Shown here: positions 50,522 through 60,986 of the stretch, piece after piece
Layout: the number at the start of each line of letters is the position of its first letter
How positions within the stretch are numbered: the stretch's first letter is position 1
Source: Acidobacteriota bacterium
GTDB taxonomy: Bacteria; Acidobacteriota; Thermoanaerobaculia; Multivoradales; UBA5704
Length of the DNA: 64,000 nucleotides
Assembly (NCBI GenBank): GCA_040005235.1
Contig: JBDTZG010000027.1
Coordinates: 1-64,000, forward strand
Reading direction: 5' to 3'
Notes under the pieces: generated by a model
The model's database searches: none
Told to the model about the DNA's origin: nothing
What the model saw: the letters and a program-made list of their open reading frames with translations, nothing else
Translations under genes and position numbers: made by a program

Positions 50522-50545
50522 GTCCGGGCTCGCCAACGGCGGGAA

Positions 50546-51964
<1,419 letters not shown>

Positions 51965-52038
51965 GGGATGGAATGTCCTTTCGGTGGAGAGTGCTTCCAG
52001 GGCGTATGGTAGCGAGTGGCTATCCCATCGTCCAAAAT

Positions 52039-53076
52039 CTAGGGTGGAGACGCGGCGTGTTCCGCCGGATCGCGCCAGGGCTCGACGGGAACGTCGCGGA
52101 TCGGCCCGGGCGGCGGCTCTTCGAGCACCCACAGCAGATGCGAGACGAATTCCTCGGGGCACTCAGCCTCCGGGGTATGGCCGCACGCCGCGATCAGGAG
52201 GAATCGAGCTCTGGGCAGCTCTCGGGCGTAGCGTCGTCCGAGGTCGGGAGGAAACAGCTTGTCGGCGCCGCCCCAGATAAGATCGGTGGGGGTATTGATC
52301 GCTGCGAGCCGGCCGTCGAGAAAATCGCGGCGGGAAAAGCTCGCGAAAATGCGCGGCGCCGGCCCTTTCTGCATTTTCTCGACCACATCGTCGAGCAGGA
52401 ATCCCGGCAGCGGAGGAATCCGCGGCCCGAGGATCGCCTCGGTGAAAATTCGCGCCTCGGCCCGGTTGTGCACCAGGAACTGAACCTTCGGCGGGTAGAG
52501 CAGGCCGCCGGTGTCGACCAGGACCATGCGCGAGATCCGCTCCGGATGGCGCTCCGCATAGAGCAGGGCGACCCAACCGCCGAGCGAATTGCCAATCAGG
52601 ATCGGCGGCGGCCGGGTCCCGGCATGCGCCGCGAGCAGCGCTTCGAGCCCGGCCACCTCGTCGGAGATCGACAGCGGCCCCTTGGCCGGTGCGCTGTCGC
52701 CGTGCCCGGGCAGATCGATCACGATCAGCCGGTGGCCTTTCAACAGTGCGGGGACCGACTGCGCCCAGACCCCCGCGTCGTTGCCCAGACCATGGATCAG
52801 GACGAGATCCGGACCGGGAGATTCTTTGACGCCGCCGATCCAGTAGCTGAGCTTGCCGCGTGGGCCGGGCATCGTTCGATGTTCGAGCCCGGCCCACGAC
52901 AGTCGCAGGCGAACGAACGCGCGCCAAAGGCCGAGCGGGTTGACCCAGATCGCGAGGCCGGCCGAGACGACCAGGATCGCCAAGGCGGCAAGTAGAGGCA
53001 GCGCCCGCCGCAGCCGGGTCTTCTTCCGCGGCGGAACCGAAACGTCGCCCTCTTCGAGCCGGGACATTTCGCTCAT
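52039..53076 (-). CDS. alpha/beta-fold hydrolase, membrane-anchored
   Basis: LIHGLG, DLPGHG, GNSLGG, WG.AD, CGH. Confidence 0.88.
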   Translation of the reverse strand: MSEMSRLEEGDVSVPPRKKTRLRRALPLLAALAILVVSAGLAIWVNPLGLWRAFVRLRLSWAGLEHRTMPGPRGKLSYWIGGVKESPGPDLVLIHGLGNDAGVWAQSVPALLKGHRLIVIDLPGHGDSAPAKGPLSISDEVAGLEALLAAHAGTRPPPILIGNSLGGWVALLYAERHPERISRMVLVDTGGLLYPPKVQFLVHNRAEARIFTEAILGPRIPPLPGFLLDDVVEKMQKGPAPRIFASFSRRDFLDGRLAAINTPTDLIWGGADKLFPPDLGRRYARELPRARFLLIAACGHTPEAECPEEFVSHLLWVLEEPPPGPIRDVPVEPWRDPAEHAASPP

Positions 53077-54453
53077 TCAGCCGACTTCCATGACGTCCGC
53101 GAGCATCGCCCGGACGATGGGCAGCTCCTCGGGCAGCCAGCTCGCAAATCCCTCGCTCGCAAACAGCTCGGCGTCGCCGGGGTAGGTCGGGACCAGGTAG
53201 AGCGGAAAGCGGGCGAAGATCTCGCGGTCGGAGCGCTTCCTGCGGGCCTGGATCGCGCTCCGCTTCGCCGCCGCATCGTCCAGATGGCCGAGCAGGTAGG
53301 CCACGGTGCGAAACTGCGCGATCGTCCGCTCGTCGGTCACCCGGGGCGAGCGCGCCTCGGCATCGCGCGCCGGATCGGACCCGAGGCGCGCGGCGATCTT
53401 GACCAGCACCCGACGGAGCGATTCGCGCCAGCCATGGCGGCGAAACCTGCGGACGATTCCCGCCGGGGTCCAGGGCTCGCGGGGCGGCGAGATCGGAGCG
53501 GCGCGGGCGGCAGGCACAGCCCCCGACTCCCCCGCCGGACCGCGTTTGCCGGGCGCGGTGTTGGCGATCCAGCCGGCATAAGGGTCGATCGCAAACGCCG
53601 CGCCGCCCGGGTTGTTTTCGACCAGCATGCTCTGAGTGCGCGAGAGGAAGGCCAGCAGGACCGCGGGCATCAAGCGTTCCCAGGTCCCCGCCTCGTAATT
53701 CTTGTAGGCGGTCAAAAACGCGTTCCGTTCAAACAGGAAACCGCGATTGAACAGGCCGAGCAGGTCGCTCGTGGCGCTCGATCGATGATGGACGACGGCT
53801 CCCGGGGCAAACGTCACCCGCTCGCCGCCCGACCAAAGGCGCCAACCGAGATCGACGTCCTCGAGGTAGGCGAAATAGGCTTCGTCGAATCCGCCCGCGG
53901 CGAGAAACGAGCTCTTGCGGATCAGCAGATTGCCGCCGCAGGCAAACAGCAGCTCCTCGCCCTCGGCGGGCACTTTCGCCCGGTCGAGCGGCCGGCGGTA
54001 ATCGATCTGAAATGCATGCCCGTCGAAAGTCATCGCGCCACGCGCGAAGTCGAGCCGCTCGCCCGTCCAATCGACGATCTGGCCGGAAACCGCCGCGACA
54101 TCGTCGGCCGCGGCCGAGAAAGCCGCCACCAGCCCCAAGAGCCAATCCGGACGGGGGCGCGTGTCGTTGTTCAAAAACGCCACCGCATCGCCCGAAGCTT
54201 CGGCCACCAGGCGGTTGTTGCCGGCGCAGAATCCGAGGTTGACGGGGCTCTCGACCCACCGCAGGTTGGGGAGCCCCGAGGGCGGGTTGCCGCGCAGCCA
54301 TTCCGCCGTGCCGTCGGTCGAGCCGTTGTCGAGCACCAGGATCTCCCACGGCACGCCCGGGTCGTTCTGCCGGCCGAGCGCTTCGAGACAGGTTTCGAGG
54401 TGATGACGGCCGTTCCAGGAGAGGACGGCGACCGATACTTTGGCTGGCTTCAT
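53077..54453 (-). CDS. GT2 glycosyltransferase
   Basis: DNGSTDGT, NLGF..GNN, LNND, GGFDE.YFAY.EDVDLGWR. Confidence 0.92.
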   Translation of the reverse strand: MKPAKVSVAVLSWNGRHHLETCLEALGRQNDPGVPWEILVLDNGSTDGTAEWLRGNPPSGLPNLRWVESPVNLGFCAGNNRLVAEASGDAVAFLNNDTRPRPDWLLGLVAAFSAAADDVAAVSGQIVDWTGERLDFARGAMTFDGHAFQIDYRRPLDRAKVPAEGEELLFACGGNLLIRKSSFLAAGGFDEAYFAYLEDVDLGWRLWSGGERVTFAPGAVVHHRSSATSDLLGLFNRGFLFERNAFLTAYKNYEAGTWERLMPAVLLAFLSRTQSMLVENNPGGAAFAIDPYAGWIANTAPGKRGPAGESGAVPAARAAPISPPREPWTPAGIVRRFRRHGWRESLRRVLVKIAARLGSDPARDAEARSPRVTDERTIAQFRTVAYLLGHLDDAAAKRSAIQARRKRSDREIFARFPLYLVPTYPGDAELFASEGFASWLPEELPIVRAMLADVMEVG

Positions 54454-55745
54454 CGGTTCCCAAACATCCTTCGGACCCGCCGCCTCAGACGAAACGCGAG
54501 AGAATCGGCGGGGGCCGAAGTGGGCAGCGCCCGGGCGAAGCGCTCCTTGGTCGGGTCGAGCCGCGGCTCACGGCAGAACGCGACCAGCGGCGCGAGCGCC
54601 CGCTCCCAACGAAACCCTTCGAGCAGCCGGGCGGCGCCGGCTCGATAGGCTCCGCCCTCGACGTCTTCGACCGCTTCGACCAGGGCCGTCCCGAGCGCCG
54701 CAGCGTCTCCCGCGGGAACCACCCGACCGGCGCCGTGCTCGACCAGCATTCGGCTCATCGCGCCCCCTTCGCTCGTGATCACCGGGCAGCCCGCGGCGAG
54801 CGCATCGAGAAACCGGGTGCGCAGCGAAAGTCGCGTTTCAAGGGTCGGCCGGTGCGGGGCGACCAGAACGTCGACGTCGCGCAGCAGGTCGTAGCGCCGT
54901 TGGGAAGGCACCCAATCGAGCAGCTGCACCCGGGTTCCCCAGATGCCGCGGCGACGGCAGCGGGCTTCGACTTCGCCAAGCAGGCGCTGCGGCGTGCTTT
55001 CGGGGTTCGGGTTGGCGATCAACAGGAGGGTCCAATCGGGGCGGTCGAGGCCGTCTAGGGCGTCGAGCAACGTCCAAGGATCGTACCAGTCGTAGAGGCC
55101 GCCGAAGAGCAAGCGCTTCTCGCCCGGCCGACGCGGCGGAAGATACGCCGCGTGGGGCGGCAATTCCTCCGGCACCCCGAACGGCACCGGGGCGATCAAC
55201 CCCATGAGATCGGGATCGCCCGCCAGCCGCTCCGGATTCACCCGGCCGAGCGCGGCCAGGAACCCGAGATAAAACGTCCGCTGTTCCTCCGACGAGCAGA
55301 GAAAGAAATCGCCGCGCGACATCTGGAGCACCCAGGTCGCATGGTCGTTGCGGTAGGGATCGAGCCCAAGGCTCGGGACGTAGGCGAAGTTTTCGATCAG
55401 CCATGGGTCGTAGAGGTCGATCGCCACCGGCAGCGCACCGCCACCAAGGCCCGAGGCCGAACCGAGCTCGACCACCGCATCGTTGCCGAGCTGGCCCTGG
55501 GCGACGACCGAGGTGCAATCTGCACACAGCGCCCGGAGCCGGCCGCGCTCGAATCGGGCGACCTCGGAAGCCTTTAGCGGCACCGCGGCGAGCATCTCTT
55601 CCGTTGTTGCGGGGGAGATCAGCCGGACCTCAACCCCCAGACCGGGCAGCCGGCGCGCCAGCTCGGCGTAGCGGATGCCGATGCCGGCCATCCGCGGACG
55701 GATCGGCTCGCTCGACAGGATCGCGACGCGGGGGGTGGGAGGCAT
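54450..55745 (-). CDS. GT4-like (GT-B) glycosyltransferase
   Basis: MAG.GIR..ELA, DLYDP, GG.YDW.DP, E...S.RTR.LD.LA.G.P. Confidence 0.8.
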   Translation of the reverse strand: MPPTPRVAILSSEPIRPRMAGIGIRYAELARRLPGLGVEVRLISPATTEEMLAAVPLKASEVARFERGRLRALCADCTSVVAQGQLGNDAVVELGSASGLGGGALPVAIDLYDPWLIENFAYVPSLGLDPYRNDHATWVLQMSRGDFFLCSSEEQRTFYLGFLAALGRVNPERLAGDPDLMGLIAPVPFGVPEELPPHAAYLPPRRPGEKRLLFGGLYDWYDPWTLLDALDGLDRPDWTLLLIANPNPESTPQRLLGEVEARCRRRGIWGTRVQLLDWVPSQRRYDLLRDVDVLVAPHRPTLETRLSLRTRFLDALAAGCPVITSEGGAMSRMLVEHGAGRVVPAGDAAALGTALVEAVEDVEGGAYRAGAARLLEGFRWERALAPLVAFCREPRLDPTKERFARALPTSAPADSLAFRLRRRVRRMFGNR

Positions 55746-55760
55746 CGGAATTCGGCGAAA

Positions 55761-57719
55761 TCAGCGGAGCAGCTTGTGCAGGCGCCAGGCGCGCGTCGCT
55801 TCCATGGTCCGGATCAACCCGTTCAGCCGCTCGATCTCGGCATACGTGCGACCGAGGTGCGCCGTCTGCTCGTCGATCGTTCCGCGCAGCGCCTGCGCTT
55901 CGGCGTAGAGCCGGGTCAGATCCTCGACCTGGCGGGCGAGATCGGCCGTAAGCCGCTCGTTCTCCCCGCCAAGCGCCGCCTCAGCGCCGTGGGCGGAATG
56001 GTAGCGCTCCTCCCAGGCGAACCGTTCGGCGGAAACCTGCGAGTGCGCCCGTTCGAGCAACTCGAACTGAGCGGTCTCCGCGGCCAACTCTCCGCGCAAA
56101 CCTGCCACTTCGGCCTTCCGGCGCGCCGCCTCTTCGCGCGCCTCGACCTCCTCGCGACGGAGGGTGTCGACCGCGCGGGCGAGCAGATCCGGCCCGATCC
56201 GCCCGGCGTGCTTGCCGATCACCCGCTCTTTGACCGCGAGAAAATCGCTCCGCTCGCGCGGCCGTTCGCCGAAAACGTGGTGCGGCGCGCCGCGGAAGTG
56301 GCGGTATTCGCAGGTGACGGCCGCCAGGTGGTGAAACGGCGCGAGCGCCGCGAGCCGGATCAACAGGTCCCAATCCTCGAAGAACGGCAGCGACGCATCG
56401 AGCGGCCCCGCCGCTAGAAGCAACTGCCGCTCGATTAAAACGGTATTGAACGGGATGTAGTTGTCGAGCAGCAGCAGATCGGGATCGAAATCGCGGCTGT
56501 AGGGTAGGCGCCGCTCCCGGCAGATCCACCCCGCGGCGCCAGTCGAACCGCCCAGCTCATAGATCGCCACCGCGGCGTCGGTATAGGCGATTTGGACTCC
56601 CGCCCCTTGGACCAGGGCTGCGAGCGTCGCCAGATGCTCGGGGGCGGCCAGATCGTCGTCGTCGAGGAACGCGAGATAAGCCCCGGTCGCCGCCTCGATG
56701 CCCGCCTGGGCCGCCGCGGCCCGGCCGCGGGTTTCCCCCAGATCGACGCGCACGATCGGAAAGGGGAAATCCGCCGGAATTTGCGGCGGCGCCCCGCCGT
56801 CGTTGACCAGCACGACCTCCACCCGAGTATAGGTCTGTAGGGCAACAGAGGCGAGCGCCTCGCGCAACAGCTCCGGGCGGTCTTTCGTCCGCACGACGAC
56901 CGAGACGCTGGGGCCCTCCCGCACCTCCAGCAGGTCGGGCAGGCCGCCCAGATGGCGGATCAGCTGGGCGCCGCTGCGGGTGCGGAAATCATCCACGGTC
57001 AACCGGCGATAGCCCTCCGCAAGATCGACCCCCGGCGCCAGCGACAGCGTCCGGTGGCGCCGCAGCCCCAGCGCCGCGTTCCAATACGGATGGCGCTCGG
57101 CCTGGCTCCGGTGCGCGGCAAACGCCCGTTCGAGCAGATCGGCCTCGGCCGAGACATCCACCAGCAAGTCCGGATAACCCGGGCGGTTCACCTCGTAGAC
57201 CAGGATGCGCAGATTTTCGAAATCCGAGAGGGCGCCGTCGGAGGACGTCGATCCCGACCGCAGCGGCGCGAGGAGGCGATGGAGAGCCGCAAATGCCGCG
57301 CGATGATCGGGGCTCGCTTCGAGCGGCGAGGGAACCAGCAGCAGCTCCGGCCGCTGGGACAGGATCGCGCGCCGGATGCCCGCGGCGATCTCATCGAGGT
57401 GATCGGAGAGAGCGCCGTCCGGCAGATCGAGGGCGTCGCATCCGGAAAGCCCCAGAATCTCCGCCGCGCGCGCCGATTCGTCGCGGCGCCGCGCCCGATA
57501 AGCCGCTCGATCTTCCACTCTTTCAATTCCGCCTTCCGTTCCTCCACCGCCGTCGGACAGGAACAGCACCCGGACGGCGGAGCCCGAGGCGGCGAGTTGG
57601 GCGAGCAGGCCGCCAGGACCGAGCACCTCGTCGTCGGGATGCGGGGCGATCGCGAGCGCGCTCGCCGCGGCGACTCGTTCGCTCGTGCCGGGGGGTGAGG
57701 TGTTGAAGGTCGAGGTCAC
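55761..57719 (-). CDS. PIG-L deacetylase + GT2 glycosyltransferase + coiled-coil fusion
   Basis: APHPDDE, SPDH; SVVVRT.DR...VNDGG...FLDDDD...EDWD; helical C-terminal tail. Confidence 0.88.
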   Translation of the reverse strand: MTSTFNTSPPGTSERVAAASALAIAPHPDDEVLGPGGLLAQLAASGSAVRVLFLSDGGGGTEGGIERVEDRAAYRARRRDESARAAEILGLSGCDALDLPDGALSDHLDEIAAGIRRAILSQRPELLLVPSPLEASPDHRAAFAALHRLLAPLRSGSTSSDGALSDFENLRILVYEVNRPGYPDLLVDVSAEADLLERAFAAHRSQAERHPYWNAALGLRRHRTLSLAPGVDLAEGYRRLTVDDFRTRSGAQLIRHLGGLPDLLEVREGPSVSVVVRTKDRPELLREALASVALQTYTRVEVVLVNDGGAPPQIPADFPFPIVRVDLGETRGRAAAAQAGIEAATGAYLAFLDDDDLAAPEHLATLAALVQGAGVQIAYTDAAVAIYELGGSTGAAGWICRERRLPYSRDFDPDLLLLDNYIPFNTVLIERQLLLAAGPLDASLPFFEDWDLLIRLAALAPFHHLAAVTCEYRHFRGAPHHVFGERPRERSDFLAVKERVIGKHAGRIGPDLLARAVDTLRREEVEAREEAARRKAEVAGLRGELAAETAQFELLERAHSQVSAERFAWEERYHSAHGAEAALGGENERLTADLARQVEDLTRLYAEAQALRGTIDEQTAHLGRTYAEIERLNGLIRTMEATRAWRLHKLLR

Positions 57720-60043
57720 TGGATGTATCCAAGAGCGCGCAGGCTCTTTTCGGTTTCCTCGCTCGCGGCGGCCGAGGCCGGCCGCGAGAGATCCCCGCGG
57801 CGCCAGAGCCAGAGCGTGCCGCCCGGCGCGACCAGCGGGAAGCGCCTTGCTTCGAGCGCCGAGCCGGCCACCGGGCCGCCGGCATAAGGCGATCCGGCAC
57901 CCAGCCGGATTTCGGTCGATCCAAGCGGCTTGCGGGCGATCTGCGCCGCGATCGAGACCGGCGCGCCGGTCTCGCCGTGGATCAGAAAGCCCTTGCCGCG
58001 CAACGCGCTCGACTCGCAGAGCAGATCGAAGCGCACCGCGGCGCCGACGATCTCGACCCGATCTCCCTGCGCCAGGAACAGCGGCAGGATGCTCTCCGGA
58101 GCCCGCTCGAAGGCGATGCTACCACCGAGTCGGGCACCGGCCGGGCAAGGCCGGACCGCCACGCGTAGGCCGTGCAACTGCTCGTCGAGCTGGGCGGAAA
58201 GGATCGGGTCGATCGACGAAAGCGGCGGCCGAGCGGCGGCCGGATCACCGATCAGATTCTTCTTTTCGTGCGGATCGGCCACCAGGTCGAACAGCTCGTC
58301 GGTCGGCATCCGTCCGAGATCGAGCGTCCAGAGGTGGGCCTGCAGCTCGTCCTCGGGCGCGAACGGCTGCGATCGATTGAAGCGAATCCGTTTGCTCCGG
58401 TCGAGAATCGTGGCGACCCGCAACGGACCGCTCGCCAGGTGTTGGGCAAAAGCCGGCTTCCTCGGCACCCCCCCTCGCCCTTCGAGCGCCGGCAACAGGT
58501 CGACGCCGTCCCAGGCCGGATCGGCCTTCGCCCCGATCGCCGCGGCGAACGTCGGCGCGAGATCGAGCAACCGGACGACGCCAGGCAGGCGCTTGCCCGC
58601 CGGGATTTTGCCGTCCCAACGGAAGAACAACGGCACATGGATCTGCTCGTCGTAGAGCGTCTGGCCATGCTTCCAGCCGCCATGGTCGAACAACTCCTCG
58701 CCGTGATCCGCAGTCACCACGACCAGGGTGTTTGCCAGGACCTCGGGCGGGATCGCCGCGAGCAGCCGGCCCACCTGGGAATCCGCGTAATGGATCTCGC
58801 TGTCGTACAGCGCCGCGATGTGTACCAGGTCGCGCGCCGGATCGTCGAGCTTCAGGCGGCCGGTATAAATGCCGTGAATCCAATCGACGCCGATCTTGCC
58901 GTGGTAGTCCGGATCGAACGTGGAGACGCCGTTTTTCAATTCCGGCGAGTCGTACGGGTCGTGCGGATCGATGTAATGAACGTAGAGGAAGAACGGCCGT
59001 TCGGCGCCCTGCGAATGGGCTGAGAGCCATGGGAGCGCCCGGTCGGTCAAGCCTCCGCCATGGAGGTTCATCGAAACCGGATCGGGCAGCGGGGTGTAGA
59101 ACGTGCCGAAGCCGCGGGCGAAGCCGTTGCCCTCATGGAGGGTCGGATTGCCGACGAATCCGGCGGTCGCATACCCCGCGAGCGCGAACCTTTCGGCGAT
59201 CGAAGGAACCTCTTTCGGCAGCGCGAACGTTTCGACCGGATCGCCGAGAAACTCGCCCGGGTAGCGTCCGCTCATGATAGCCGCGAGCGACGGCAGGGTC
59301 CAGGGCGCCTCGCTGTAGGCGGTCTCTACGGTGGTCCCTTGCTCCGCCATCCAGTGTGCGATCTGCGGCGAAGTGTCGCGCTTGTAGCCGTAAGGCGTCA
59401 GATGGTCGGCGCGCATCGTATCGATCAGGATGAACAGGACGTTCGGGCGCGCATCCCCTGGCCGCGCCTGATCGCTTGTCTCGGTCGAAGAGAGCCGCGC
59501 CGGACCCCACGCGATTAGCGGCGTTGAGCGGTCCTCGGCGAGCAGGCCGATCAGGGTAGGCCGGACGGTGAGCGCGACCTTCTCGCCGGCCCAGGGCGAA
59601 AGATCGGCTTCTAGATCGAGCCAGCGCGGCGCTTCGGCCTTCGTCCTCTTCGCGACCGCCACCACCTCGCGACCGGATTCCCCTTCGACCTCGACCGAAA
59701 CTTCGAGCGCTTTGGCCACCTGCCAGCCGAGCGGCAGGGCTTGGATCCCCAGGTGCAACCGTCCCCCCTCCGGAACTTTCCCCCGCCAGACCCAAGGCTC
59801 GACCGAGGTGATCACCACCGGCCGGCTCTCGCGGTCGATCTCCAGAAGTTGGAGCGCCGGGCTGCGGGTGAACGCGAGGCCGGGGCGGCTTTGCCTCCCT
59901 GCGGCCACCGCGGCGACCCCGACCGAATAGCGCTTCGCGCGCACCTGCTCGCCGAGGTCGAAACGCGACGCCGGGCCAGGGCCGCAAGCGACCAGCGCCA
60001 GCGACGCGAGAACCAGCAGAGGAGTACGTTCAGACCAGGTCAT
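57716..60043 (-). CDS. sulfatase-like (alkaline phosphatase superfamily) lipoprotein with Thr at the nucleophile position
   Basis: LVAC lipobox; PNVLFILIDT.RADH, APWTLPS, HYIDPHDPY, YD.EI, ADHGE, HGQTLY.EQ..VP. Confidence 0.85.
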   Translation of the reverse strand: MTWSERTPLLVLASLALVACGPGPASRFDLGEQVRAKRYSVGVAAVAAGRQSRPGLAFTRSPALQLLEIDRESRPVVITSVEPWVWRGKVPEGGRLHLGIQALPLGWQVAKALEVSVEVEGESGREVVAVAKRTKAEAPRWLDLEADLSPWAGEKVALTVRPTLIGLLAEDRSTPLIAWGPARLSSTETSDQARPGDARPNVLFILIDTMRADHLTPYGYKRDTSPQIAHWMAEQGTTVETAYSEAPWTLPSLAAIMSGRYPGEFLGDPVETFALPKEVPSIAERFALAGYATAGFVGNPTLHEGNGFARGFGTFYTPLPDPVSMNLHGGGLTDRALPWLSAHSQGAERPFFLYVHYIDPHDPYDSPELKNGVSTFDPDYHGKIGVDWIHGIYTGRLKLDDPARDLVHIAALYDSEIHYADSQVGRLLAAIPPEVLANTLVVVTADHGEELFDHGGWKHGQTLYDEQIHVPLFFRWDGKIPAGKRLPGVVRLLDLAPTFAAAIGAKADPAWDGVDLLPALEGRGGVPRKPAFAQHLASGPLRVATILDRSKRIRFNRSQPFAPEDELQAHLWTLDLGRMPTDELFDLVADPHEKKNLIGDPAAARPPLSSIDPILSAQLDEQLHGLRVAVRPCPAGARLGGSIAFERAPESILPLFLAQGDRVEIVGAAVRFDLLCESSALRGKGFLIHGETGAPVSIAAQIARKPLGSTEIRLGAGSPYAGGPVAGSALEARRFPLVAPGGTLWLWRRGDLSRPASAAASEETEKSLRALGYIQ

Positions 60044-60986
60044 AGTCTCCCATCGAGTAGAAGAAGCCCGCGGCGCTTGCCACCGGATCGGGTCCATCTT
60101 GCCGGCCGCGGCAGCCGAGGACGATCCGCTCCTCGGTGGGGTGAAGCCCCAGCTCGGCCAACTCGTCGTCCAGGTCCTCCCGCCCCGCCGGGGCCGGCCA
60201 GACCGTCCAGCGCTCGATCCCGGCGGCGGCGAGATCCGCGGCGATCCCGGCGAGGCTCGTCCGCCAATCGACGCCGGGCGGCAGCCAAAGCTCGGTCACC
60301 TGCGCCTCCCGGCCGGCGAACGAGACGACGGCCAGTCCAGCCGCCCCGGAAACCTCCGGACGGTAGACGCGGTAGTAGCGTTCCGGCCGGGCATGGTAGC
60401 GCCAGTTGAGGAACGCCGCCGAGCGCACCACGCCGAATTCGCCTCCCGAAGCCGCCCAGATCTCCGCGGAATCGTCGGGCGCGACGTCGCTCCAGGGGAT
60501 CTCGTGCCCTTCCGCCACGGCCGCGACGTCGCCCACGAGCGGGCCGATCTCGGCTAGCGGCCGATAGCCGAACACCCGTTGGCCGAGCCGGAAGTGGCGG
60601 TCGCTCGGGAAACCGAAGATCCACGGCGCGTCGCCTTCGGCCGGCAGGTCGGCGAGCAGGGCGCGCCCCAGATCGACCAGCGGCGGCCGGAGATGCGGCG
60701 ACCGCTCGGTCGCGACCCAATCGACCAACTGCCAGATCCCCCCTTCGCCGCCGCGCCAACGGGCCGCCAGGCGGAGCGCTCCGGCGTGGGCGAGGATCTC
60801 CCCGCCGGGGGTGCCGGCCGCCCCGATCGCCGCCACCCAACTGCGCCCCTCGCCCGGGAGGTGGCGGTATTTCCACAGCCACTCGGCTTCTCTAAGCGGC
60901 CGGCCGAACCGGCGGTCGAACAACTCGGAAAGGCCCGGTAGATCGTCCGGCTCGGTCGGCCGGATCTGGAGCACGGAGGAGATCAC
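60030..60986 (-). CDS. GNAT-family N-acyltransferase
   Basis: GTG at 60986 coupled to the upstream stop; IRP...D...L.ELF, W.WKY, FGFP, RS..FLNWRY. Confidence 0.75.
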   Translation of the reverse strand: MISSVLQIRPTEPDDLPGLSELFDRRFGRPLREAEWLWKYRHLPGEGRSWVAAIGAAGTPGGEILAHAGALRLAARWRGGEGGIWQLVDWVATERSPHLRPPLVDLGRALLADLPAEGDAPWIFGFPSDRHFRLGQRVFGYRPLAEIGPLVGDVAAVAEGHEIPWSDVAPDDSAEIWAASGGEFGVVRSAAFLNWRYHARPERYYRVYRPEVSGAAGLAVVSFAGREAQVTELWLPPGVDWRTSLAGIAADLAAAGIERWTVWPAPAGREDLDDELAELGLHPTEERIVLGCRGRQDGPDPVASAAGFFYSMGDYDLV

